Source of the DNA: Patescibacteria group bacterium
GTDB taxonomy: Bacteria > Patescibacteriota > JABMPQ01 > JAHIRA01
NCBI GenBank assembly: GCA_018818205.1
Contig: JAHISJ010000012.1
Span: forward strand, 21,523-85,522
DNA length: 64,000 nt
Direction of reading: 5' to 3'
Below, piece after piece: positions 26,907 to 37,929 of this stretch. The stretch's first letter is position 1. Each line of letters opens with the position of its first letter. Both the position numbers and the translations under genes were made by a program. Below the pieces are notes generated by a model. The model saw only the letters and a program-made list of their open reading frames with translations, ran no database searches and had not been told where the DNA came from.

Positions 26907-28991
26907 ATGAAAGAGTCTCGTAAAAAAGATATTACTCTGGACTCTCCGCTTACTGATGTTCGAAAGATAGATACAAAACATAAGGAAGCATTAAAAAGGC
27001 TCGGACTCAAAACGGTACGAGACCTTCTTTTTTATTTTCCGGTAAAATATGAGGACTTTAGCACTATCACACCAATCAACAAAATGGTGATTGGAAAGAA
27101 AAATACCATCCAAGGAGTGATTAAAGAGATCAAAAACAGCACAACCAGAAGAAAAAACATGGTCATTACAAACGCCATGCTTGAGGATGATACCGGTGCC
27201 TTGCCGATAGTATGGTTTAGACAGCCCTATCTTGAGTCATTTCTAAAAACGGGTACATACGTGACACTTACGGGTACCATTGAGCATGGCTACAACGGAC
27301 TTCAGATGACCAGCCCTGCATATGAAAAATATAAAGAAGAATCAATTCACTCCGGAAGAATCGTCCCTGTTTATTCAGAAACGGCAAATATTACGTCAAA
27401 ATGGTTACGTTTTTTTCTAAAACCATTGCTTAAACATGCAAAAGAGTGCCCGGAATTCATTCCAAAAAGTATCATTGATTCATATGCTCTTATTCCACTA
27501 GACCTAGCGCTAAATGAAATTCACTTTCCGAGTTCTAAAAAAGAACTGGGGAAAGCAAGAAAACGGCTTGCGTTTCAAGAGATGTTCTTGCTTCAAATTG
27601 CACATTTATTTAAAAGAGCCCGCTTTCAAAAAGAACGTGCTACAGCTATTCCGTTTGACGAAGAACTAATACGTGACTTTGTGACCACGCTTCCATTCAC
27701 ACTAACGGATGATCAAAAAAAGACTGCGTGGCAGATCTTTAAAGACATAGAAAAAGATGAGCCTATGAATCGACTGTTGGAAGGCGATGTAGGTTCTGGG
27801 AAAACAGTAGTTGCAGCGCTTGCACTCTTTCTCACAAGTAAAAGATCACTACAAAGCCTTGTCCTTGCCCCTACTGAAATTCTTGCAATGCAGCACTTTA
27901 ACAGTCTAAAAAAGCTTTTTAGAAAAAGCCCTATTGAGCTCGCACTCTATACGAGAACCCAGCACCATACTAAAGATGGCGAAACCACAGAAGAAGAACT
28001 AATTGAAAAACTTGCGGGTGGTCACATAGATGTTGCTGTTGGCACGCATACACTTTTAAAACAGGAAGTGTCCGGGAAAAATATCGGCCTTGTTATTGTC
28101 GATGAGCAACATCGTTTTGGTGTTAAGCAACGTGCAGAACTTAAAAAAAGCAGTACATCAAAGACTAAGCCACACTTTCTTTCTATGACTGCAACTCCCA
28201 TACCCCGCACACTCGCACTGGCACTGTATGGTGATTTGGACATCTCGATCATAAAAGAGATGCCAAAAAATAGAAAGACTGTACAAACGCAACTTGTTTC
28301 ACCGTATGACCGAGAAAAAATGTATGACTTCATCAAAGAAAAAATTGATCAAGGAGAGCAAGCTTTTGTTGTTTGCCCACTTATTGAAGAATCAGATACA
28401 CTTGGAGTCAAATCTGTGACAGAAGAATACAAGAAACTAAATACCCACGTGTTTCCTGACGTATCAATCGATCTCTTGCACGGTAAATTAAAAAAGGATG
28501 AAAAAGAATCGGTTATGCAAAGGTTCATGGCTAAAAAGACAAGCATACTTGTCTCTACTTCTGTTATTGAAGTGGGTATAGACGTACCCAACGCAACGAT
28601 AATGATGATAGAAGGCGCTGAACGATTTGGCCTCTCTCAACTACACCAGTTTAGAGGTCGCGTTGGTAGGGGTGACAAACAATCCTACTGCTTCCTCTTC
28701 TCGGAATCCCCCAGTAACACGTCGTTTGAACGACTTAAAACATTAGAATCAGTACATTCCGGGTTCGAACTTTCAGAGAAAGATTTAGAGATGCGTGGGC
28801 CTGGAGAAGTATACGGTGTAAGGCAGTCTGGACTCCCGGACCTTAAAATGGCGTCGCTTTCTGACGCTACCCTTATTGCTGAAACAAGAGAAGCAGCAAG
28901 CACAATAATTAAAGAAAGTGCCTCACTAAAAAAGTTCCCTGCACTTAAGAGAGAACTTAATTCTTTTGAGAAGACGGTTCATTTTGAGTAA
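26907..28991 (+). CDS. recG: ATP-dependent DNA helicase RecG
   Basis: OB wedge, MNRLLEGDVGSGKT, DEQH, MTATPIPRT, QLHQFRGRVGRG, DLEMRGPGE. Confidence 0.97.
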   Translation: MKESRKKDITLDSPLTDVRKIDTKHKEALKRLGLKTVRDLLFYFPVKYEDFSTITPINKMVIGKKNTIQGVIKEIKNSTTRRKNMVITNAMLEDDTGALPIVWFRQPYLESFLKTGTYVTLTGTIEHGYNGLQMTSPAYEKYKEESIHSGRIVPVYSETANITSKWLRFFLKPLLKHAKECPEFIPKSIIDSYALIPLDLALNEIHFPSSKKELGKARKRLAFQEMFLLQIAHLFKRARFQKERATAIPFDEELIRDFVTTLPFTLTDDQKKTAWQIFKDIEKDEPMNRLLEGDVGSGKTVVAALALFLTSKRSLQSLVLAPTEILAMQHFNSLKKLFRKSPIELALYTRTQHHTKDGETTEEELIEKLAGGHIDVAVGTHTLLKQEVSGKNIGLVIVDEQHRFGVKQRAELKKSSTSKTKPHFLSMTATPIPRTLALALYGDLDISIIKEMPKNRKTVQTQLVSPYDREKMYDFIKEKIDQGEQAFVVCPLIEESDTLGVKSVTEEYKKLNTHVFPDVSIDLLHGKLKKDEKESVMQRFMAKKTSILVSTSVIEVGIDVPNATIMMIEGAERFGLSQLHQFRGRVGRGDKQSYCFLFSESPSNTSFERLKTLESVHSGFELSEKDLEMRGPGEVYGVRQSGLPDLKMASLSDATLIAETREAASTIIKESASLKKFPALKRELNSFEKTVHFE

Positions 28992-29005
28992 ATTCTACAA
29001 ACACT

Positions 29006-30346
29006 TCACTGCAACGTTTTTTTAACAATGTCAGCAATCGACTGAGAAGAGATGGCATTCCCTGAAAAATCTACTTCGGTTCTGCTTGGTACAATAACTG
29101 TTTTAAACCCCAACTTTTCTGCTTCTTTAAGCCGATTACTACTTTGCGCAACGCTCCGTAACTCTCCGGAAAGACCAACCTCACCAAACGCCAAGGTAGT
29201 ATCATCAATAGGTCTTCCAAGAAGCGACGAGGCAACAGCAAGGCATACAGGAACATCAGCCGCAGGCTCTTTGATTGAAAACCCACCAACAACATTAACA
29301 TACACATCCTGGTCCTCAAGTTTTAACCGTGCTCTTTTTTGCAGCACTGCTATCAAAAGCTCAAGCCTCCTTTGGTCAAAGCCTGATGCTGTTCTTTTAG
29401 GGTACCCAAAATTAGTTCTGGTGGTAAGTGCTTGTACCTCAAGCAAGAACGCTCTGTTTCCTTCCATGATTGCGGTTACCACTGACCCCGTTGATCCTTC
29501 TGTTCTCTCCGCTAAAAAGAGTTCGGATGGATTTTTCACTTCAATAAGTCCTTTTTCTGCCATCTCAAAGACTCCTGCTTCATTGGTAGAGCCAAACCTA
29601 TTCTTAACACCTCTGAGTACTCTCAATGTATGATATCTATCTCCTTCTAGATACAAAACCGTATCCACAAGATGCTCGAGTGTTTTGGGCCCCGCAACAT
29701 TCCCCTCCTTTGTAACATGACCAATCAAAACAAACGCAATGTTATGTGCCTTAGCATACGGAATAAGTCGCGCTGCAGATTCCCTCACTTGCGCGACGCT
29801 CCCCATGGACGAGGCAACATCACTGGTTTGAAGCGTTTGAATAGAGTCCACCACAACCATTGCCGGCTTTTCTACTTCAACCATAGCAAGAATACTATCG
29901 ACATCATTTTCTGAGGCAAATAGTACGTTTTTCTCTCTTGCTCCGAGCCGCTTTGCACGCATAGATACCTGATACGCCGATTCCTCTCCGGAAAAATAGA
30001 GTACCGTGTTTGCTTTTGAAAGGTTTGAGAGAAACTGTAACACTAAAGTCGATTTACCTATGCCTGGATCTCCGGAAAGAAGTGTCACACTCCCCCTTAC
30101 AAACCCACCGCCAAGTACCTGGTCAAGCTCGCCAATGTCAGTTTTAAACCGCGTTAAGCCTGTTGATTTTATATCAGAAAAAAGAACGGGTTTACAAGCC
30201 GCCTTTTGTGTTGGTTGATTATTTTTTCCGGAAACAACTGTCTGCTCTTCTAGTGTGTTCCATTCTTCGCACTGCTCACACTTTCCTGACCATCTTAGTG
30301 CTCTAGTACCACATGAAGAACAAACAAAGACTGTTTTCTCTTTCAT
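29006..30346 (-). CDS. radA: DNA repair protein RadA/Sms
   Basis: C4 zinc finger, GDPGIGKST, KNRFG, Lon-like C-terminus. Confidence 0.97.
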   Translation of the reverse strand: MKEKTVFVCSSCGTRALRWSGKCEQCEEWNTLEEQTVVSGKNNQPTQKAACKPVLFSDIKSTGLTRFKTDIGELDQVLGGGFVRGSVTLLSGDPGIGKSTLVLQFLSNLSKANTVLYFSGEESAYQVSMRAKRLGAREKNVLFASENDVDSILAMVEVEKPAMVVVDSIQTLQTSDVASSMGSVAQVRESAARLIPYAKAHNIAFVLIGHVTKEGNVAGPKTLEHLVDTVLYLEGDRYHTLRVLRGVKNRFGSTNEAGVFEMAEKGLIEVKNPSELFLAERTEGSTGSVVTAIMEGNRAFLLEVQALTTRTNFGYPKRTASGFDQRRLELLIAVLQKRARLKLEDQDVYVNVVGGFSIKEPAADVPVCLAVASSLLGRPIDDTTLAFGEVGLSGELRSVAQSSNRLKEAEKLGFKTVIVPSRTEVDFSGNAISSQSIADIVKKTLQ

Positions 30347-31504
30347 TTACGAAATATCGAGTGTATAAAATTTACTGTCAAGCCCGTTAATGTAATATAA
30401 CACCTTTTCATCTTGGTTGTAAAACATTTGATGGTAATTAACCGGCTTTTCTGGATCTGCAACAGGAAGGGTTGTTTCTTGTTCTGTTGGAATATTATAC
30501 CTAATCAAAAGCTCCGGTGCCGTATCACTCCACATATCAAAGGAAACGGCACAAACCATATTTTGGTCATCCTCAAAAACACATTTATTCGCAAACGTTT
30601 CCAGATTGGTTTCTTTAAACGACTCATCCTTGAGATTGTAGAGTACAACATTTGTTGCCGCCCTATCGTCATCGTCTGTTCGCCTGTCTGCAATAAGAAA
30701 GGTTCTATCTGGAGAAAGAAAAAAGTTAACCACAGGGCCGATAACGGAAAGTACCGTTTCTTCTTTATTATCAAGCGTTAGCTTAGTTAACAGCGCACCA
30801 TCAGTTGCTGAAAACTCATTTTGATAAATAATATAATTATCAGCCACCCACACAAAGGTAAGCCCCTGATAATACTCATCCGTGTTTGGGAATGAATAGA
30901 CTTCTTCCCAATTTTTTCCATCTGGATCAGCAATATTAAGTGTATTTTTTCGCTTAAACGCGTTCACGAACTGATACATAATTTTTTTTGAATCGGGTGA
31001 CCATGTTATTCCCTGTGTATCTTCAGGAAGTACTGCTGTATCCTTGCTAGTTAAGTTTACATATAGCTGCTTCCCTTCAGGATTTGTTGCAATTGCTTTA
31101 GTTCTGTCAGGTGAGAAAGAAACATCACTCATCTGCTCTTCAAACGTATACACTGTTTCCTGTCCAGTTTGAGAGAACTTCATAATAGCATTGCTGCTTG
31201 GAGAGAAGTAATAAAAACTACCATCGGGTTGATAAGATAATTGCTCATCTTGAAATGTCTGATCAGGAGTGGCATCACTTGGCTTAGTAAGTGGGCCGAT
31301 TGCCCCCTGGTTCACTTCTTCTTGTCGCTTTACAATTACCGCTGATGACTCAATAAAGTTTTCTGACGTATTTTCTGTTACTACCTCTTCAGTCTTTGAA
31401 TCACTACGTGTAAGCAATACACTGATGATAATAACACCGCCAACAACCACAAAAGCTACAGCGATGATGATGATAACCAGTTTTCTTTTCTTAAAAAACC
31501 CCAT
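30347..31504 (-). CDS. Membrane-anchored TolB/WD40-like beta-propeller protein
   Basis: N-terminal TM; repeated SPD motifs. Confidence 0.75.
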   Translation of the reverse strand: MGFFKKRKLVIIIIAVAFVVVGGVIIISVLLTRSDSKTEEVVTENTSENFIESSAVIVKRQEEVNQGAIGPLTKPSDATPDQTFQDEQLSYQPDGSFYYFSPSSNAIMKFSQTGQETVYTFEEQMSDVSFSPDRTKAIATNPEGKQLYVNLTSKDTAVLPEDTQGITWSPDSKKIMYQFVNAFKRKNTLNIADPDGKNWEEVYSFPNTDEYYQGLTFVWVADNYIIYQNEFSATDGALLTKLTLDNKEETVLSVIGPVVNFFLSPDRTFLIADRRTDDDDRAATNVVLYNLKDESFKETNLETFANKCVFEDDQNMVCAVSFDMWSDTAPELLIRYNIPTEQETTLPVADPEKPVNYHQMFYNQDEKVLYYINGLDSKFYTLDIS

Positions 31505-32628
31505 TATTTTTGTTTACGGTAAACAGATAACGTTCCACCAGCTGGTGCGGTTATCCCCGTTGTGCCAATGCACTGTAATTTTGTAGTACCAGCGCTTTTG
31601 GTAAAAGTACTTTTAACATTGTCATTGTAATTCCCCGGACCATGATTTTGCCATTCAGGATATGCCGCAAGCTTGTTTTCACACTCAAACGTTTTCCCTT
31701 TTGAATTTTTTGACATATAAGTGTCACTGGTGGTACCCTTTCCGGTTCTAGTAAGATTGCAAGCCGCACCGGGAGATGGCGTGTATGAATGAATTACTTT
31801 TCCGCCTCCCACAGCCAACATTGAATGCTGAGAAGTCCCACTTGACGATACTCGTATAACAATATCACCTGCCTGAATTGAGTTAGGATCACCATTATAC
31901 GCAATTTTCTTAAACCCATTTGTCACAAGATCATTTTCGTGATACCCACGTGACACTGAAGGCGAGATTTGCTTTGAACACCCACTACCAGAGTTTAACG
32001 CCCAGCCCACAAAGTATGCACAGTGGTTACCGACTACGCACGCCCCATCAAGTTCCTTAGCCTTTGCAATAGTTGACTGAGGATCCCCACACTTTGTTGT
32101 ACACCACTTATTGTCTTTCCCCTGTGCACACTCCTCACCACTTTGCTTTGCTTTCTCACACGCATCCTTTGAAGCATAAGTAGTTCTTCCTTTACAAACA
32201 TCAGTGAAACTACCACTCGTACCAGATCCTGTACCCGCTCCCGGAACGTTATATCCTCCCGCAGAACCAAGAAGCTGTGGTTCTTTACAGACCAAAATAT
32301 TTGGTGCCAGCGTACTAAAAACAAGCCACGAGGCAAGGACTAATATGACACCAATAATAGCACCTAGAATAACTTCCTTTGCTTTAGTCATCTTCTCCGG
32401 ATTGCCACCGCTCATCATGTACATAGAGCCGCCAATAATCACCGCAATCACCGCCAAAATTCCTACCACACTTACTCCAAAGTTAAAAAGGTTCTTTGCA
32501 TACTGACAAAACGTGCTTCCCTGAAAAAATATATTTGCGGCGAATGCAGAAATAGGCGCAACCAAAACCGCAACACTTACCGTGCCTAAAAATAAACCAT
32601 ACATCTTTTTAACGCTTCTTCTCTGCAT
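31504..32628 (-). CDS. TrbC/VirB2-type pilin fused to an NlpC/P60/amidase-like domain
   Basis: Pilin signature (IIGGSMYMMSGGNPEKMTKAKEVILGAIIG), then HCAYFV...IQAGDIV...QHSMLAVGGGKVIH. Confidence 0.7.
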   Translation of the reverse strand: MQRRSVKKMYGLFLGTVSVAVLVAPISAFAANIFFQGSTFCQYAKNLFNFGVSVVGILAVIAVIIGGSMYMMSGGNPEKMTKAKEVILGAIIGVILVLASWLVFSTLAPNILVCKEPQLLGSAGGYNVPGAGTGSGTSGSFTDVCKGRTTYASKDACEKAKQSGEECAQGKDNKWCTTKCGDPQSTIAKAKELDGACVVGNHCAYFVGWALNSGSGCSKQISPSVSRGYHENDLVTNGFKKIAYNGDPNSIQAGDIVIRVSSSGTSQHSMLAVGGGKVIHSYTPSPGAACNLTRTGKGTTSDTYMSKNSKGKTFECENKLAAYPEWQNHGPGNYNDNVKSTFTKSAGTTKLQCIGTTGITAPAGGTLSVYRKQK

Positions 32629-32644
32629 TTTTACTCACGCTTAC

Positions 32645-33892
32645 CTACTTATTTTCAGGAACAATAAGTCCATACAGTCTATCATCTTGACGTCTTTTGA
32701 AATACATCGTTCTGCCACTTTCAGAAATAAATGGATCAAAGACATCATAAGCGAGATTAAACTCTGTTGGCCCGGCAAGACGTTCTTTTTTGCCGGTATC
32801 AGTATCAATTCTAAAAAATGAATCTTCAGTTACATAATTTTCTTGCAGGTAATCATCTGGAAGAACAAACTCAACATTTTTATTCTGTGGAACTCCACAG
32901 TAAACAGTTTTATTATCCGGAGCAAACGCACACTTCTCTGCCATGGTAGAAAGTCCTAAATCTTTGTGCTCATTTCCTTCAATATCGGTCATGTATAAGA
33001 ACACTTCATTAGGACGCGCAGAGGACGCGGTGTAGAGGAGTTTTTTACCATCGGGTGAGAGAGTATATGAAAGACCATACGCATCTCCCACAACTGTCGT
33101 CATAGTGTCTCCTGATGTCTCGAGTGAGAAGAGTGACGTCATATCGTATCCTGTTGGTTCCTCAGCAACCACAAATTTAAATGGGTCAGGCCATGCAAGT
33201 GACACATTATCCATGTGATACGGACGTACTATCTTCCACTTTGACCCATCAAAATCAGCCGATGAAATATTTGAAACGTCATTATTTTGATCAACAAAGA
33301 GATAGACTATCTTTGAACCATCGGGAGATACTGCTGCATCAGCTACATTGTTTCCAAGGTCGTTAAATGCCTGATTGTTAAAGTTAAAAGAAATAAAACG
33401 CTTCGTAGTACCCGCATCACCAGAAAAGACCACAATCGCTGCATCTTTTGAATCGCCCCATTTGACATTGTACACATTATTGAATCCACCACTCGTGATG
33501 GCTTCTACCGATGATCCATCCGGGTTGCTTTGATAGAACTCGTTATTCACCGAGTCGAAGTACAAAATCTTTTGTCTATCTTTAGAAAGTGTTGGTGAAA
33601 GAACATCGCTGTCGAGTACCTTTCGCACTGTTACCTCAGATACATCTTCAAAGCCAGGCCTGTTTGCGTCTTGCTGCGACTGTAATTCTTTTTGTTTGTC
33701 TGCCTCTGTTTTCCCCTGTGCTATTTCCTCATCGGTAAGCCTAATACGAATATCCTCACTACCTACAAGAGGTGTTATTGCTCCTTGCTCAGTCACCACT
33801 TCTTTTGGCCTCAGCCACGTATACAAGACAATACCAATTATCACAACGGCAACCGCACTGCCTATTATTATGTACAAACGCTTTTTAGTCAT
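32645..33892 (-). CDS. Membrane-anchored TolB-like beta-propeller protein
   Basis: N-terminal TM; SPDGSKIVY and SPDGKKLLY repeats; paralogous to 30347-31504. Confidence 0.78.
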   Translation of the reverse strand: MTKKRLYIIIGSAVAVVIIGIVLYTWLRPKEVVTEQGAITPLVGSEDIRIRLTDEEIAQGKTEADKQKELQSQQDANRPGFEDVSEVTVRKVLDSDVLSPTLSKDRQKILYFDSVNNEFYQSNPDGSSVEAITSGGFNNVYNVKWGDSKDAAIVVFSGDAGTTKRFISFNFNNQAFNDLGNNVADAAVSPDGSKIVYLFVDQNNDVSNISSADFDGSKWKIVRPYHMDNVSLAWPDPFKFVVAEEPTGYDMTSLFSLETSGDTMTTVVGDAYGLSYTLSPDGKKLLYTASSARPNEVFLYMTDIEGNEHKDLGLSTMAEKCAFAPDNKTVYCGVPQNKNVEFVLPDDYLQENYVTEDSFFRIDTDTGKKERLAGPTEFNLAYDVFDPFISESGRTMYFKRRQDDRLYGLIVPENK

Positions 33893-33928
33893 AAGAAGAC
33901 TTGCTAGAACTAAAGTTAGATAGGTATA

Positions 33929-36900
33929 TTATTTTTTTAATTCGGGACGCCCTTTGTACATCATGTACACTATTGCGGCAAGAAGGGCAAAACCACCAAG
34001 AGCGAAGGTAACATTAAAGACGTTCTTGTAGTGTTCCGGAATAAATTTGGATATTGATCCGGAAATAAATTCTTCTTCATTAATTTCAACACCCTCAGCC
34101 AACTCAAATTCAAATGCAGAGGAGAACCTCAGTGTCTGAGTCGCACTTTGCTGTAACACATTATCATAATCTCCAGTCACTTCTCCCTCAGTTGATACCT
34201 CAAATGTAATTTCATCAATATCTCCATCGGTTGCGGACGCCGTGAATGTATATGATCCTGGTGATGGATTTGATCCTTGAATTTTTCGTGTTGCATTTTC
34301 ATCAATAACACCGTTTCTAGACCACGCATACTCAAAGCCTAAACCCTCAGCGCCACCACCCGGAAGCGGTCTAAAATACTGCGGTGAAACAAACACGGTT
34401 ACTTCAGAACCGGGAACCACTTTGTATTTTGATTCAGAAGTATTTGTATTATCACCACCCGTTGAAACAAGCTGTGCACCATCTACTTTTGCTTCAACGT
34501 ACGGTCGAACTACTCTGAGTTCTTTAATATCTCTTGCAAAAAGTTCACCGGTCCCTGTGTTTATTACTTCAAGCCTAAGATAATGACTACTATCATCATC
34601 TACTTGCCTCAAATCAGAGCCCTCGCTAGTCATTGCGACCTGGATACCTGACATACCGGCACCGCTCTTTTCTTCTTGGATTAAATCGTCAAAGTACCAG
34701 TTGTACACAAGTTTTTCCGCTAAGTCATCTGGACACTGTTTGCCAGCACCCTTTGCAATATCTGTTTCTAAATCATCAAGTTTTGCAGTGACACGTACAA
34801 CATCACCCACTCTATATCCCTTTCTTGGATCAACGGTGGTGTTTGCATTTTTCTTAAACTCACCGTTATCAATCGCGTTTTCTACATCTAGAGAATTATC
34901 CTTATCAACACCATCTTTAAGTGCAGCTTCTAACGAGGTGTCTCTTATTTCATTAATTGCTGAGGGATCGTTAAGATTATACGCTTGAAGCACGGTATCT
35001 CCAGCCGGGTCTACATTGGTAATTAATGCTTCTGTCAGTGAAACATCTGAGCCAATAGGAATCTTGACGTCACCATGTGTGGTTGTACCTGTCTTATCAT
35101 CCACCAAATCAAGACCAACTGTACGTGAGGTACAGACTCCAAGAGTCTTCCCTGGATTTAATTTTCCCCAAATGGTTTCTCCGTCATCAATATTGAACTC
35201 TAAGTTCTTTTTATTTGTGCCTGACGGCGCAAACATATCGGTACCCAGTTCCTTCTTACTCTTTACCATAAAAGCACTAGCAAATTCAAATGGGCCCACT
35301 AGCTCAGATTCGGGTGCCGGAAGCGGTACATTGTCTAAATACCATTGGTAAAAGAGGGGTACCGTTGTTTCATCTGTTGATGTTGCCCCCGCGGTTACTA
35401 ACACTGGGTTTCCTGAACTATTTCCTGAATTCTTATTTATTTTTGTCACCGGATACGGTGCATATACAAGCCTCACTGGAATAGGTAGCCCCCCACCTAC
35501 ACGAAGCGACTTTTGATCATCGGCTGATTCAATCCACCATTTGCTTACATTTTGAGAAGCATTAGGCGCGGCATCAGCTCCTCTCACCTGTGAACCTCTT
35601 GTGCTATCACCGACTACATGTACCTGTACTTGTATGTTGTCACCTGCTTTTTTATTAAATACAACCGGAACCGCCTGTTGTTTTAGGCCTATATAATCTG
35701 CTCCATCGGGAATACCATCAGCGTCTGTATCAGCATTTTGTGGATCGGTCCCCGCAATATATTCCATAAAGTTTGCAAAGATGCCTCCACCCGAGACCAC
35801 CTCAATGGTATTATTTTTGGCGGTAGATTTAAAATTTGGCGCTCCAAGTTGCCATCCTTCAGTTACTATAGGTGACAGCTGTTTGCCTGCACTAATCATA
35901 CACGATTCATTCTCAAGAAGTTGAATCCACTTAGAGCCAGGAGTTTTATCCGGATATTCATTCTTAAAATCATAATTACAATTGTTGAGCACATCATTTA
36001 CATGCACTCCATCACCATCAGGGTCTTCCAGTGGACTCACGGATCTTAAGAAATTCCCATACATTTTTTCAGCATTGTCTTTTTCTCCAATATCAATCTT
36101 GCCGTACTTTTGATTTTCTTTAACCGGCCAATTACCCCCGGCGGCAAAACCTAAATAGGGTGAAAAGAGAATAAATTTTTTGGCAGCAGGTGGCTGAACC
36201 TTTTTGTCTTGCCCCGCGTATTTACCAAAATACAAAAGTTCCCATGAATCTGCCATACCATCGGCATCTATATCATCATCCGCGTTAACCGTTCTCTCAA
36301 ATGCAAGAGAATCGCGTATATCTTTCTTTAAAAATTGAGAAGATCGTGCCGCTTGTTGTAAAAAATACTGCTGCAGGTTCTGGTTCTGTGGTTGATCTAA
36401 TCCATACTTATTTTCAACTGCTGCAAGTTTTTGTGCAAGCGCTTCTTGCTTCTTTTGATCTTTGGGATTATTTTGAGCAGATATAACTAAATTGGCATAC
36501 TCTGTTGAAAGCTCACGTGCCTTTTTCTCCCATAAAAGGTCCGGATCTTTTTGAGCTTCGGTAAGCTTTTTCAATTCTTCTTTTGAATAAACGCCTTCCA
36601 AATTTCGTGCAAGCTTACTTTGAACACTAATATCTTTATTAAACAAAATATATCGAGCTACGTCAGCATACTGTGCTGGAACTGCAGGTACGAGAGGGGC
36701 AATAAAATAATTATCATTATGTATCCGAGCGTCACCGGATCCATCCATACCAAGCACATCTGTAGCAATATACTCAAAATTGTAAATGTTTTTAATATTG
36801 CATGCACCTTTGCCTCCTTTAAGCTCTCCATATTGGTTCTTAATGGCATAGGTATCATCATCTTTTTTGACAAATTCGTCCGCAGAGCCTGTTATAAATG

Positions 36901-37198
36901 TATTGACCGGAATATCATCAAAACACCAATTATAAAAAAAGTCAGTTGCAATACCTCTACCACCAAAGTTATTTATCTGTGCAAAAACCGTTGCCTCTGA
37001 CCCCGGCGAAACATAAAAAGATGGTTGTGCCTCAATAGCAACTGAAGGAGGATCGGCTTCAGTTGCTTGCTTTAATTTTTCGGCTTTTATTTCCGGTTCT
37101 CCATAGGCAAAAATCGATGAAGGACGTATTAAAACAAGACTCAAAGCACAAAGTCCTAAGACTACTCCAACAAACAATAAAACTTTTTTTTGTGACAT
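33929..37198 (-). CDS. Large surface protein with Ca-binding DxDxDG repeats, Ig-like segments and C-terminal TM
   Basis: Signal peptide; DIDADGMADSWE, DPDGDG, DTDADGIPDG; C-terminal anchor. Confidence 0.75.
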   Translation of the reverse strand: MSQKKVLLFVGVVLGLCALSLVLIRPSSIFAYGEPEIKAEKLKQATEADPPSVAIEAQPSFYVSPGSEATVFAQINNFGGRGIATDFFYNWCFDDIPVNTFITGSADEFVKKDDDTYAIKNQYGELKGGKGACNIKNIYNFEYIATDVLGMDGSGDARIHNDNYFIAPLVPAVPAQYADVARYILFNKDISVQSKLARNLEGVYSKEELKKLTEAQKDPDLLWEKKARELSTEYANLVISAQNNPKDQKKQEALAQKLAAVENKYGLDQPQNQNLQQYFLQQAARSSQFLKKDIRDSLAFERTVNADDDIDADGMADSWELLYFGKYAGQDKKVQPPAAKKFILFSPYLGFAAGGNWPVKENQKYGKIDIGEKDNAEKMYGNFLRSVSPLEDPDGDGVHVNDVLNNCNYDFKNEYPDKTPGSKWIQLLENESCMISAGKQLSPIVTEGWQLGAPNFKSTAKNNTIEVVSGGGIFANFMEYIAGTDPQNADTDADGIPDGADYIGLKQQAVPVVFNKKAGDNIQVQVHVVGDSTRGSQVRGADAAPNASQNVSKWWIESADDQKSLRVGGGLPIPVRLVYAPYPVTKINKNSGNSSGNPVLVTAGATSTDETTVPLFYQWYLDNVPLPAPESELVGPFEFASAFMVKSKKELGTDMFAPSGTNKKNLEFNIDDGETIWGKLNPGKTLGVCTSRTVGLDLVDDKTGTTTHGDVKIPIGSDVSLTEALITNVDPAGDTVLQAYNLNDPSAINEIRDTSLEAALKDGVDKDNSLDVENAIDNGEFKKNANTTVDPRKGYRVGDVVRVTAKLDDLETDIAKGAGKQCPDDLAEKLVYNWYFDDLIQEEKSGAGMSGIQVAMTSEGSDLRQVDDDSSHYLRLEVINTGTGELFARDIKELRVVRPYVEAKVDGAQLVSTGGDNTNTSESKYKVVPGSEVTVFVSPQYFRPLPGGGAEGLGFEYAWSRNGVIDENATRKIQGSNPSPGSYTFTASATDGDIDEITFEVSTEGEVTGDYDNVLQQSATQTLRFSSAFEFELAEGVEINEEEFISGSISKFIPEHYKNVFNVTFALGGFALLAAIVYMMYKGRPELKK

Positions 37199-37224
37199 AA
37201 CACTTCTATGAAAAATTGTTCAAA

Positions 37225-37929
37225 TTATCCTAAAAGGAGCTTGCTAATGCCGTTTAATGCTGTAATCATTGCACTCGTACTAAACGTTCCAAGCCACAAT
37301 GCAACTTTAAACGTCTTAGGCCATTCAACTGCTGCATACATTATAACAAAAACAACTAACACTGTAATCACTAAACCAAGAATAATCTCCGGTGCGGCCG
37401 CAATGATCATTGGACCAAATTTCTTCCAGATCGTCTCTTTTACTTTTTTTGAAACGGTTCCTTTTCCCTTCTTGCCCTTTCCCGCTCCCTTTTGTACATT
37501 TTTTAATGCGTCTTGCTGTTTTTTTCTGAGCTTTGCCGCAACGCCACCCTGGTCTTTGGAAGGGACAGTATCACCACTTGCTTGTTTTGCTGGACTTGAA
37601 GATGTTTCTGCTTGCGCAGGCTGATCAGGCATAGGCTGCTCGGGTTCCGCAGCACCCGCCTGGTTTCTCGACGTTTGTACCGGTTCTTGCGAATCTTCTG
37701 GAGAAGCGGAAGGCGTGATTGACTGCACCGGTTTGTTCTGCCTAGCAGAACGCATTCCCCCACCTGGAGCACCCATTTGCTGCCCTAAATTTTGAGATCT
37801 CTGCGCTGACCCTGCAGAAGACTCTTGCATTGGCTCTGGAAGTTTGGTCGGTCTATTGGGGAGTACACCTCTTCTTACTTGTACCATGTTCTTTTTTATT
37901 CCTGCCAATAAAGACCATTTGCTTTCCAC
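37225..37929 (-). CDS. Hypothetical protein, disordered N-terminus, C-terminal TM
   Basis: Q/P/A-rich region followed by hydrophobic helices; co-oriented within the operon. Confidence 0.6.
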   Translation of the reverse strand: MESKWSLLAGIKKNMVQVRRGVLPNRPTKLPEPMQESSAGSAQRSQNLGQQMGAPGGGMRSARQNKPVQSITPSASPEDSQEPVQTSRNQAGAAEPEQPMPDQPAQAETSSSPAKQASGDTVPSKDQGGVAAKLRKKQQDALKNVQKGAGKGKKGKGTVSKKVKETIWKKFGPMIIAAAPEIILGLVITVLVVFVIMYAAVEWPKTFKVALWLGTFSTSAMITALNGISKLLLG

